DNA of 64,000 nt, from IMG/VR virus record IMGVR_UViG_3300020469_002640, positions 1 through 64,000 of that record; one strand, given 5' to 3'. How positions within the stretch are numbered: position 1 is the stretch's first letter; each line of letters begins with the position of its first letter. Origin of the DNA: a virus. Below are positions 8,701 through 20,200 of this stretch, piece after piece. A model generated the notes under the pieces. It ran no database searches and had not been told where the DNA came from. It saw nothing but the letters and a program-made list of their open reading frames with translations. The position numbers and the translations under genes are program-made.

Positions 8701-11290
8701 ATTGTATACCTTCTAAGACAAACTTAACATCTTGATTTAATTGTAGTTTTCTTATTTGCCGGTCTAGTTTTGCTTTACGATCTTTAATTTGAAACCACTC
8801 TTTCCCTTTACGAAGATCTTTTTTGTCTAACTCTTGCTGCATACGCTGACTTCGAGTAATAGCTTTAGAAATCAAAATATTTAAAGATTCAAAATCTGTC
8901 ATCTCCTCTGCTACAGGTATTTGCTCTAAGAATTCGCTGTCTGATCCTATTTGTAGTGTAGTAATTTCACTAGTAATTTGTTTATCTACATATTTAAAAC
9001 GAACATGTATAGGAACAATACGCGACTTTCTTATTTTAGTTACACCATATTGTTCTAATAGTGTTTGTTTGTAGTGGCCTACTTGTATGTTGTATGTATC
9101 CATTTTTGCATCAAATGGATCTTTAACTAATTGGTATCCTTTACCAGGTACAAACTGCACATAGCCTTTTTCTATAGATGGAGATACAAATTTCCAATCA
9201 TAAACTTCAGCTGACCCGTCACTAAAAATAGCCATAAGGTCAATAGTACCACCAGTACCTTCATTTATACTTTCACCAGTTTTTCTTAATACAAATTGCT
9301 CTGTTCTAATTACTGCTTTTTCTTTAGTTCCGTTTTCTTTGTTTATTTTATCTTGAGTACCTTTAATAGCTTTTAAAATTCTAATAACTTCTTTATCAAG
9401 CTTATCAAACTGATTCTTTTTAAACGGAGAGTTTTGGAATATCTGTTGAATAGTAAGATCAGTTTTTTTAGTGTGATACTTAACTAAATCTTCCATAGTC
9501 TTGTGGCCAAGGGTACCAGATTCTTTTCTTAGATTGTTGTACCGCTCAAGAGATTCATTCTCTTTAGCTGTAAGCAGGTTCTTTTTTCTTGTCTTATGTC
9601 TTTTGTAAAAGTATTTTTTAACTTCATCAGATACACGGCCTATAATTACAACTCCTTCATACTTGCTTCCAGGTACACCGACGTAACGATCTACTTCAGG
9701 ACCATCTTCTACAAACCAAGGTTGTTTTAAGCCTAGCTGTTCAGCATTTCTACCTTCAGTTTTAAACTGATCAGAAAACTCATCTAAATTTTGCAAAACT
9801 CCTTTTCTAGGGTCTTCATTTATGTTTGGATTATCCTGAAACATTTCTAGCACTCCTTCAGTTTTAGCTCTACGTACATTTAAAGATTTAAGAATTTCTT
9901 TATTAAGCATTAAAGCAGCTGTTCTCGCATAAGGATCAGTGACAACTTTTCCAAACAGTCTGTTTATAAAATTCATTACACGTTCAAACCATCTTTGCGC
10001 TCTACTTTGTTTTTGCTTAGTGTCATTGCTTTCTGCCTGCTTAACAAGATTTTTAGCTATAAGTTTACCTATAGCTTCTTTTTTAAGCTTATTAACATTT
10101 CCACTATACTGCTCTACATAAAATTCATTATTAGCTACTTCTTTGTATATATCATAGCCTTCTATCATATTCATCATAGATGTAAATAACGGACTGCCGC
10201 TCGCCTCTAATAATTCTACAATAAAGTGGGCAGCTTCTTCAGACAGTGTGTCTATCCCAGCTTTACCAGATACAATTTGTATAACATTGTTAACTATGTC
10301 TGCTTTTGCAACAGCATTTACTATCTGACCTTCAGCATTACGTATAACTGTAGCATTCATATCTACTTTAACGCCTAACTCTTCCATGAGTTTAGACAAT
10401 GCGGAATCTAAATTTTCGTTAGCTTCACGTATATCTGCTGATTGTTGTTGATGATATATGTTGTCTGCAGACAGCAGGTCATTTGTAGTTAATCCTATTA
10501 CATTTCCTTGAGCTATACGCTCTATAAATGCATCTACTCCTGGATAGTTTGTGTGAATTCTATCTATAACTTCTGTAGGATTTGCAACTGCTTTACGTAC
10601 TCCTGTTTCTGTGCGTAATCCATAACGCTCTTCAACTTCAGCAAGCAAAGGAGACATGTCAGGTGTAGTAAACGTTCCATAGTTATCTACAGCATGTTTT
10701 ATTTGATCAGGATCAAACGCTATCATTTGCTCTCCATGAGCATAACTGATACCGTCTGAAGGAGCATCCATAAAAGTGTCTTCACCTATAAATATACCAT
10801 CATATCCTTCTCTATAAGCATTTTCAACAGTTTCACTTTTTCGCATCATATTGCCTTCAGCGTCGCGAGCTACAGCAAAATCGTCCCAAAAATTTTCATA
10901 TTTTTTTGTGCTTTTTATATTTAAAAACACAGGATGCAATTCTAACCTATCAGCCTCCATTCCTGTGCTAAATTTTGCCATGTTAATAGCTGCGTCTTTT
11001 TGATCTGTAAACCAAAATCCTGTTCTTGACCTGTCTTTATCAAATACTTCTATAGCTTCAGGTCCTGCATGGTATACAAGTTTAGGTTCGCCATTTTTAT
11101 CTACAATAACAGAATCACCAAACCAATGTTTGAATGTACGAGTTTGTGTCATGGCCCATTTCTTAAGCGCCGTTTCAGGTGCAAGGCCTACATCTTCGAT
11201 TAAAGCTTTGTAAAGAATAGACTCTTTACCATTAGGAGCTAGCACTTTTGCTACTGTCCCATTTTCATGTCTTATAATACTACAACTCAT
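5762..11290 (-). CDS. Giant virion/ejection polyvalent protein: ADP-ribosyltransferase-like + zincin-like + PD-(D/E)xK nuclease + helical C-terminus
   Basis: N-term APNGKESILY...FKHWFGD...GEPKLVYHAG...GFWFTD...PVFLNIK...YDGI...EQMIAFDPDQIK (ART-PolyVal-like). TLSEEAAHF (zincin-like). GTLGH...TE...GTIDL...VYDWKF...YNIQVGHY (RecB/Cas4-type nuclease). Adjacent to the virion RNAP. Confidence 0.8.
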   Translation of the reverse strand: MSCSIIRHENGTVAKVLAPNGKESILYKALIEDVGLAPETALKKWAMTQTRTFKHWFGDSVIVDKNGEPKLVYHAGPEAIEVFDKDRSRTGFWFTDQKDAAINMAKFSTGMEADRLELHPVFLNIKSTKKYENFWDDFAVARDAEGNMMRKSETVENAYREGYDGIFIGEDTFMDAPSDGISYAHGEQMIAFDPDQIKHAVDNYGTFTTPDMSPLLAEVEERYGLRTETGVRKAVANPTEVIDRIHTNYPGVDAFIERIAQGNVIGLTTNDLLSADNIYHQQQSADIREANENLDSALSKLMEELGVKVDMNATVIRNAEGQIVNAVAKADIVNNVIQIVSGKAGIDTLSEEAAHFIVELLEASGSPLFTSMMNMIEGYDIYKEVANNEFYVEQYSGNVNKLKKEAIGKLIAKNLVKQAESNDTKQKQSRAQRWFERVMNFINRLFGKVVTDPYARTAALMLNKEILKSLNVRRAKTEGVLEMFQDNPNINEDPRKGVLQNLDEFSDQFKTEGRNAEQLGLKQPWFVEDGPEVDRYVGVPGSKYEGVVIIGRVSDEVKKYFYKRHKTRKKNLLTAKENESLERYNNLRKESGTLGHKTMEDLVKYHTKKTDLTIQQIFQNSPFKKNQFDKLDKEVIRILKAIKGTQDKINKENGTKEKAVIRTEQFVLRKTGESINEGTGGTIDLMAIFSDGSAEVYDWKFVSPSIEKGYVQFVPGKGYQLVKDPFDAKMDTYNIQVGHYKQTLLEQYGVTKIRKSRIVPIHVRFKYVDKQITSEITTLQIGSDSEFLEQIPVAEEMTDFESLNILISKAITRSQRMQQELDKKDLRKGKEWFQIKDRKAKLDRQIRKLQLNQDVKFVLEGIQSELKDVLENLAVDDEFITEKGKQVPNPDYMSLEELQAALSDTMFYMGFLETSDYNEHLNNEASEKDRKDYAEVRQQAAGFLTNLKSALEDKLMVRAVEFSEARGVKGIKDFNTSTDFITEKFVTLSKQNNPYLRTLYNIVTDMQHQHRKSVKTLAEEIEDVQTPLLEWGERNGYEGTKVFDLIINDDTGNLVQKYTRDFYVARAKAIKSGDLQWLQNNTEIDKEKFDKKFPIYRKQYLTNLKRKFKGNQKAIDRELLIYDKMHNIVKFPKTAMLSHGGRWFLKPKEMHVSPEYQKIQNTPELKNFYDFYIEKTMEFEEMFGQELGPGFIANIHKNTMEHLLEDGFKGMSKSMLESMQIREHDLSFGMRDENTGELIRRIPRLYVRPLVDAKGNIDHSLKSRDLGKSLLLLGSAAMDYKLKDDVLPEIETMRMLLENNIATELQTDNLTGKILTNLSGTARQIFDSKGSSRVFNDFVDQYVYGSQVDSKDFNVLGLSGIKTLMSLKMLHSQTTLGLKAPVAFGAFIAGQFGLRQQASKGVYITPDNLSKAQKALMTADPKMRALAEHFDIYQFDIASDRADRLSGRFITKHLTNDKWFTMLGTADRGIDAIAIYALALNYGLDENGDPTLLSRLPEGSKSIIDLMELEEDPKWSATIANVSKSARNRYKVKIGNMQDSGEINFRQVARRISDKVKGSMTDEDKALYNNTLFLRLLMHYKSWLPGVAMERFGRARYDHILKNFDQGTWTTSIGNLGGDITIEQLINAEVGIAQLIGAYGQDLAKVALDVVTFGVTNTYKVNEKKARAAFDQFVAQNITNPEFAERFKDPAEKEKMYQEFLDMKRGNIRAFMMEFRGVMLLGMLLMLMGGDWDDDGKIDMRQSWAGRQVYKIMNRAYRETAVFADPREFMDSRSTGIPLISMASNIVKLASNTADEIRDVALGENNQKDKTGPLHYTPKFVPGLDAVFNVLEVRETDKTRQR

Positions 11291-14200
11291 TATTTACATT
11301 CTTTTTCATTGATTTTCTCCTGCACTTCTCCATCAGTACTATGTTTAAAACTAAGTTTTTTATTTTTAGAGTTATTATACTCAGCAGCTTTAGTAAAGTA
11401 GCTAGCACGTACAGGTTGTACTCTGTGTAAAGTTACATATTTTCCTTCAGCAAACTCTTTATACTGTGGACTTTTTAACAAGTCTGCAAAAGAGTCAAAC
11501 CCTGACTGCTGCGCAAACTGCTCTAACGCCGCCTGCCCTTTACCTTTAATTCCTAACACAGAATTTGCTATTCCTTTAGCTATAGTATTTCTAGTATAAC
11601 TACCTAATGCACCTTGCACTTCTACAATACCATCACTAGGAGTTCGATATTTCCCAGGCGGTATAATGCGTTTCGTAGAAACTAGTACAAAATTACCTTT
11701 ATCTAGTATTTTTTCTAAGTCTTTAGTTATATCAAGTGTATTTAATCCTGCAGCATTATCTTTTCTAATTGCAGAACCTGCATTTACTAAAAATTGTTTT
11801 TTACCTTTTAGTTCAAGCTCGCTGTAAATACCTTTACCGTCTTTAGCTACATCTTTTAGTTTAAATAATTTAGTTATATACTCTTGTTTTGTTACACTAC
11901 CAACAGTCTTTTCTCCTCCAGGCATAGAAACTGTTACATATGTTTCTGTAGATCTTAAATTCATTTCACCACTATTAAACGCTTTTGTAGTACTATCATT
12001 ATTGTAAACTCTTACCGGCGTTGCTACTGATGAGTTGTGATAATTATTTTGTACAAAGTTTTCATATATATCTTCTATACTGTCTTCTAAACCAAACATT
12101 TCAAATTTTTGAAAATATGGCTTTAATAAATCTATTACTTCTGTACTAGGTAGTACTTGGAAGAAGGCTATAGGTGAAAAGTCAAATCCAGATTGTAGCA
12201 CACTAAATACTAAAATATCATTAGCAAGAGTAGGACTCATTTCTTTTAACTCTAAAAATGCATCCGACAATAAATCTATATCTACAGTAGCTAGTTTTTT
12301 ACTAAACAATCTTAAGTTGTCTATATCAAACTCAGGATGACTAGGATCTACTACACCTTGTAGCATAGGATAGAATTCTTGTATTAATAAGTTTTCTTTT
12401 AATACAGGATCATTCTTTGCTTGTAAAATTCTAGCAGGTAAGCTTGTTTCTCCTTGAAACATTGATTTAATCATGTCTGACAGCTTTTCTCTACCTTGTA
12501 CAGCCATAGTGTTTTGTACTATATATGAGCTTATAAAAGAATCAAACTTTTGTAAGTGTTGTATTACATCATCCTCTGTCTTTTTTATATTTGGATCTGT
12601 AAGAGTGTACGCAAGCTCTTCCATTTTACGTTTAATTTCAGTATTAAACTGTTTTGCATCTACACTTTCAAAGAAGCCCGGCGCCTGATCAAAAGTGTCT
12701 CTAAGCGCAGACATAAGATTTGGCATTTTTTCTGTAGAAGAAATAGTTCGCTCTAATGCAGAAGAGTCAAAGAAATTACTTTCTTGCACTCTTTTTAATA
12801 ATGCCTGCATGTACATAACATTAGACCCACTTTTAAGTTTTGATGTATCATACTTAGTAGCATTGTTTAGTAAGTATAAATTATCTGCATATTCTTTATA
12901 TCTTAAAAAATCTGCAAGCACTTGAGCTTGATATGACATCTCTAACGGAGAAAGCTCTCCATTAACATTATTTTCAATCATGTCTCGCAATAAGTTTTGT
13001 CTAAACATTACTGGTCGAGACCCTTCTTGTATTTTGCCATACTTAGACTCTAGTTTAGATATTATTTGCTTATTAGATAAGTACGCTTTTTCTTCCTCTC
13101 TTTTATTGCTAGCAACATTTGCTGCCATAGACTGTCTAGTTTCTTTTAGCTTTACGTAGTCATCTATTACAGGTTGTGACATAAAGTATAGCACAGACTT
13201 AATAGGAACTCCAGATCTTAGCAAGTACATGTGTATCGGAGCATACGAGACGCCCGCATTTATATCAAACACAAAGTCATCCTTTGTAACATCTACGTAT
13301 CCTGAAATATACTCTGCAAGTACAGAATTAATTGAACGGCGACCTTCTATATCTTTAACTCTAGCTAGCGACTTGTTATTGCTACTGTCAAAACCTGCAA
13401 AATTTAATTCTATTTCTGCTTCATTGCTAATTTTTAATCCTACTCTTTGTGCTTTACCGTGTGCAGTTGCACTAGTTGCAACAATACCTGTTCCTCCTAA
13501 ACCGGACCACATTCTATATGACTGATTAACCATATTTTCAAATGTAAGCATTTGACTAAAGTTTTTCTTTTCAATTGCTTTACCTCCGTTTCTAAGAACT
13601 CTAATTTCATCTGCAATGTCTTTAACTTCAAAAGCTCCTACAGGTGTAATCAGCTGATCAAAACTTTCTGGATGTAATAGAACATCAGCCATAAGATCTT
13701 GCGCTCTATTCTGCAGTGCAGCTTTAATATTTTGCTCTTGTAAAGAAAGTTTAGAGAATTCTGATAACTTCATATCTTTTGAAACTTCTCTATTTTCTTT
13801 CATTACTTCTAATCGTTCTTTAGCAGTACTGTTAGAATCATCTAAATACTTAACCTTGTTTATTGCATTGTTTTCTGTGTCTAACACATAGTTAGGGAAA
13901 TACAATGTTATTTTATCAATATCATAATCGGAACCTGCTTTACCTACCATTTCTGTAGGCACCATAATAGTAGAGCCAAACTGTTGAGGTAAGAATCCTG
14001 CAATTTCAATTGCATCAATAGAATTTAACCCTTCTGTAGGAATACGGAAGCCTATAATGTTTTTAAGCTCTGGGTCTATAGCTGGGTCATTAACATCAAT
14101 TTGTCGGCCTACAAGTTCTTTAAATTTGTGTGGAACAAATACTTGCATGCGCGTTGTCTTGCCTTCTCCTGGCTCATAAAATTTAAGAACTTTAAGTCTT

Positions 14201-17200
14201 TTAACTTCTTCTTCTAATCCTAAACGAGCCCACTCTTGTGCATCATTTTGCTTTAGAATTCTAGTTTGCGACTCTAAGCCTGTAGATGCTTGCAACACCA
14301 TCAGGTCGCCAGGCATTTTACGTCGTACTACATTGTTTGTAACTACTGCGTATAGCAATGTTTCAATTTTGTTTTTTTCAAACAATTGATTTATAAACTT
14401 AGTATCTCCTTCTAACAGAGCAGATATACCTAGCATAGTATGTTTAGGAGTATCTCTTCTTTCTAACTCTTCAAGTAAAACATTTTTAAACTTAGTAACA
14501 TTAGTAAGTTTATTGTTTTTAATACCTAAACGATTTTTTAAATCTGCAAGATCTCTACGAATAATTTCTTCATTAGTAGAATGCCAATCATTTATAGTTT
14601 CATTAAATCCTTCATGTTTAGCATACCTTTCACTAATTTTTCCATTTTCATAAATATTAATTGGTAACAATGCAGTAGATTGCACACCCATTGTAACTTG
14701 CTCTTTAGTCTTAGGCGCAATTTCTAACTGTATACCTAACTCACTAAAATCAAATGTTTGTGTATTTAACGGAATACCGTTTTCATCTAACTCCATAGGT
14801 TTGTACATTCCATTTTCATAAAATGCATCAAATTCTCCATTATTATTTTTAACTCCTCCTACTTTAACTACAGACTCAAATATCATATAGTCAATATTGT
14901 TAGCAGTCATATCATCATTAATTTCTTTATATGCGCTATCCGGCATAAGCTGAGGCATAAGCGGAAACAATGCAAACTTATGGAAAGTTCTAAGCTCTAC
15001 ATTGTCTTCTATAAACGGTGCAAACACTTGCGGCTTAAGAGGAGGCAGTAATGCTATTTCTTCAGGAGCTATATCTTCTTCAAGCATAAGTTTTTGATAC
15101 ACATTTTCTTGCTCTTCACTCCATTTACCAGTTCTCCATAATAAACTTCTATATGTGTCTAAATGTATAAATCCTCCACCATCAAATTCTTCCATATTAG
15201 AATACGCATCGTCAAGTGCTGAAATATTTGCACTAGGGTCAAGCGTTAATACTGCTGCTTTATACTTTTCTAAGTATGGAGAATCAACAAGAACATCTGC
15301 TCTGTGTGCTACAGTTAGCTTATCGCTATGATCTTTTGAATGTCCTAAGTTAGGCATGTTTTCATTCATCCAAGATAATAGTTCTGCATTAGATGTAGGG
15401 TAAGTCTTTGTACCAGACACACCTGAAGTTCTTTTAAACAAGTCTGTGTATAGTGCAAGGTCTCCTAGTAATAATTTTGCTTGCTCATTTACACCTATTA
15501 AATGTAAATACGTAAGCTGCTGCGCCATTTGCATTGCAGTATTCATATTTATATTTACACCATTATCATTTTTGTCTTTGTATATTTGTTGGAACCGTTT
15601 AACTATTTTAGTATCAAGTCCAATATTTTTATACTTTCCTCCCTCAATTGCTTGGCCAAACTCTGTGTCTACAAAGTTTCCTTCTTGAATTTCTTGTATT
15701 ACTCCAAGGTTTTTAAGAGCTTCAAAGTTTTTAAAAGTTTCTTTTTCTAAAAACGCTAGAATGTCTCTATTATATTCATTAGCAAGTATTCTAATTTTAT
15801 CATCTGTAGTAGCTTTCTTTAACTGGCTAGTTGGGATACTAATAAGACCATTAAAGAATCTTAAGTTTTTACCTTGTTTATCTAAACCTTTAATTCTATT
15901 AAGTTTAGACTTAGGATTTCTAAGCTGCTTACCTGCTAATCGTATTTCATCTGCTAAATAACCTTTAAGAATATTTACCATTTTACCTTCAGACATTCTA
16001 AAATCAGGTGTAAGTCCATCTAAACTAAATGCGTATTCAGTTTTCTTATCAGCTGTACGGATTACAGGATGTGTGCCTTGTAATATTAAATTTGAATGTA
16101 GCGCTGCTATATCTGAAGGGCTTGTTTTAGAAACATGTTTAGCTTTACCGCCTACTACATTTTCTTTTGCCCCTTCAATTATGCTTACTTTAAACTCTAA
16201 TAAAGAATTCTCTGCTTTAGACCTTAGCCAATACGATCCTTTATAGTTATCTATTTCAAGTGCATTTTCTACAGCTTCATCACTAGCATTATATTTTTCT
16301 GCTATGTTGTCCATAGAAGTTTTTAAAGTAATACCAAAAGCATTCTTACCTTCCGGAGTTCTATGCTGCAAATCAATAGCCTGAATTGTGTGTTCAAGCT
16401 CTGCTTCTACAAGTGTGTTAACATTGGCTTGTATATCTCCTTCTAATATAGCAGTCATATCCGGATTTTGTGCTATTTCTTGTAGAACAAACATTACTGC
16501 ATCACTTACACTTTCATTAGACTCGTACTCTTCTATAAAAGCAGGCACATTAGAAAACTTAATACCTATTACAGATAGTACTCTTCTAGCTTGTTCTCCT
16601 GTCATAGGAGTTGTTGACCATTCTTTTATAGATTTGCCTTCAAATACTTTTTTATCAATATTAACTATAAGTTTGCCTTTAACCATTTTACCTACACCAG
16701 CACGCAGTACATCTTTAAAGTTAAGCTCCCAAGCTCTTTTTATTTGATTGTATACTCTATCACTATTACTGTTTATTGTAGTTTTGCTACCATCTCTAGA
16801 AATAAGATTCATTAAAAACTCATTATTAGATTGATTAAACTGCATAATAAATTGTGTAAGCAGTTTGATCTTAGGACCAGATAATGTTTTTATATCAGAA
16901 TCAAGACCTAATCTTTCTATTAAAAAATTAATTTCTTTTTTAGCAGATCTTAGCGACATTAATTTAGGAAGTATTTCGTCTTGCGGTAACCCTGCAAGCT
17001 CATTATACAGATAAGCCATAGTATTTCCAAAGTCTGCTAATCTAGGTAAACCGCTAGTGTTGTACTCAAAATGTGAAACACCCTCTGAGTCTACATAACT
17101 TTTAGGTAAAGTAGATAACAATAACTTAAGAGGTAAAGGCATTACAGAATTAGGATCAATTTCGTGAGATGCTATACCGTGTAGGCTATCTCTGTTGCCT

Positions 17201-20200
17201 TTATTTTCTTCAAACGCAGCTTCAATTTCTTTGTCTATGTTTATTTTCCACTTTTGTAAATACTTACCGTGCTCTTTTATTAAATACGACCAATTGTCTC
17301 GTATCTGCACTCTAGTGTCTTTAAGCTTTTCTATTTCTCTTCGCACTCCTGGAGTAGTTGGCATAGCTTCTAGCAATTTTATTTGCTTACCTATACTTCC
17401 TATAACTTTATTATATACTTTATTTTTTTCTCCCGGTCTACCGTATAACTGTACAATAACTTCACTTAAGTTTTTTGCTTTCTTTTTACTAAAGAAGTCT
17501 TCAGCAGTAAATAAATCTCTAGCTGCTGCAAGTTGAAACAAGTGAGACGTCATACCTTCCATAGCATTATTAATTAATGTAGGAGAAGGCATATTCATTT
17601 CCATATATGCTTCAGAATTTACTTCTAATAAACTAACTTTAGATGTAGGATTTGCGTAGTATCCATTATTAATATTAGCAAACAGTGTGTCTACCTGACT
17701 TGGATTAGAGAAAAAGTTTATAAGTTTTAATAGCTTATCAAAAGCTCTTTGAATAAAAGATTTTTTAACACGCTGTCCTACTTTATATGCTCCGTCTGTT
17801 AGCACATATTCTCTAAACTCTTCTGCTAACCATTCATCCGCTTCTTTGTCTGTAAACTCAGACAAGTTTTTTATCTCACCTTTAAACGTTTTAGATTTAC
17901 CTTTACGAGCTCTTACTTCATTATATAATTCTAATCGCTGCTCAGCTGTTAAATACCGTAATGTAATAGCGTGATATGCTTCGTGATATATTACACCATC
18001 TACATTCATCATATCAGATAGTAGTATTTTACTGTCTTTAGTAAATTTACCAATACCTTTATTATCTATAAGACCTCTGACAAACTCTAAAGATATTACA
18101 TCTGTAGGCATATTAGCATTAAACCAAGTTAATTGCGCATCTAAATTTATATCAGGCTGTGTTGCAAATCTATCAAGCATAAATGGAGAATCATCTTCTT
18201 CGTCTTCTTCAAAAGAAGTGTCTTCGCCGGTTTGGCCAAACTTAAGTTTCTTTTCGCCTGGTATTTGTGTACCATCATTGTTCTCTCCGCCAACTGCTTG
18301 TATTGCGCTTTCAGAAATAGATTCTTGTTCAGATGCACCCATTGCAATAGAAGGTACTTCTATACCTGCATGTCTAAGTATAGCAATATGCAGTGCATTT
18401 ACTTTATATTCATTCAGCCCCGGCTTCATAGCGTCTACTACATTAGGAACGTTTATTGTAAATGAGTCTCCAGGTTGATATGTTTTGCCTTCAAATTCTA
18501 TAGTTTCATTTACTGTAAACGTAATATTTTCAGGCGCTCCTTGCACTTGTGCTACTACTTCCGCAAATTCTTCATCGCTTAAAGGCTCTTGAGACACTTC
18601 TACAATTTCACCACTTTCATTTACAGTCGTTTCTGTGTCATCTTTGTATGGGTCAGGCTTAGATTTTTTACTGTTTTCAGCAATATCATCCATTTGTTCT
18701 GCAGTCTTTAGAGCATTTACACCAGAAATCTCATGCTTCATATACATGTTTTTATATTGTGGTGCATTTTTTTGTCCGTCAGACTTTGTTCGCATGTCTA
18801 CTTTTACAGGTATTTCTGCTTTATCTCTTCCTGCTCCTGACAATAAAAACTCAGTATAGTTATTCCACTCTTTAGTGTCAACTGTTAAATCGTCTGCTAC
18901 AATAACTTCTGTAAATACGTCATACTCAACTGCAGATTTGTTATATTTTTTACCTTTAGCTTTCTTACGTTTCTTATCATTTTCTTTTTTAGTGATAGAC
19001 CTTGCTTTAGAGTCTTTGTCTAAAGTGTTAGCATTAACGTGCGTTAAAAGAGTTCCTAAAAATTCTCTGAATTGTCCATTAATTGCTGGGGCTTTTTCAG
19101 GAAATGCTAAGTCTTGAAAGCTAATATATTTATCTCCAAATACTACAGTATCATTTTCAAAATATATAGAGTACTCTGTAAGAGTTCTACCTTTTGCAGA
19201 CTTACCAAAAAATATAATATCTTTAAGAATAGCTTGCACACCTTTACCTGCATTACCTGGATGTATTACATCTTCTTTACTAACTTCTCCTGCTTTTACT
19301 CTAAGGTCGTTTGTAGCAAAAAGTCTAAGTAAATTATATACATTTTGTTGCTGCGCATCTGTAAGTGTGCTTAAAGATCCTTTAACAAGATTACCTCTAA
19401 CACCTTTACTGTCATTAGTAGTACTATAGCTGCCTTCAGCCATATATATAAATCCATTTTTAACAGACCACTGTTTACCACCAATATTTACAACAGCTCT
19501 TCCTCCTGGCCGCTTACTCTCTTCTTTAGCTTTAGCTTTTGTTGCAACTTTTAAATCTATATGCTGTATGTCTTGTTCTTTATCTACAACTCTATGCAAT
19601 ACTCCGCCCGGACCGTCAGAAGATAAAATAGGAACACCTTTAGCTTTACCTTTTATAAAAGTATAAACAGGCTGTGTCACAGTCATAACTTCTGCACGAA
19701 CTCCTTGGTATCGTTCTTGCTCAGCAAGCACTGCTTCTTTTGGAGTGCCGTCTTCTTTAAGATCTTTGTCAGATGCATATCTATATCTGCCGTCTGCATC
19801 AAATAACTCTGCGTTAGGTAAACTAGTGTACGCAATTCCTCCATCAAATTGTACAGGCTCTAAATTAGCATCTACTAGTACAACTTTAATATCGTCTAAC
19901 TCAGTATTATCATTTGCAATAAGATCTGCAACTGTTCTAAAATTATCTTTTTTAGCTACAGAGTCGTAAAATATAATATCATCTGATAGCTCTGCATTAA
20001 TAACATTATTTTTAGTAATTACAAGAAGCTTGTTACCAGTTTTTTTAGACCAGTCAGTCATTTCTTCTGTAGCTTTGTAAAAACGAGCTTGAGATTGCGC
20101 ATGTTTTAGTCGCAAAGCTTCTTGAGGAGTTAAATCATCTCTAGACTCTAGCTCTTCTATAGTGTTTAATGCAGCAACATGACTACCTGCTGTTTTTAAA

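Noticed and set aside
8950-9520. Nuclease domain as a Cas4 of a CRISPR adaptation system
   Set aside because: No Fe-S cysteine cluster, no array or other cas genes; it is an internal domain of a giant protein in the virion operon.
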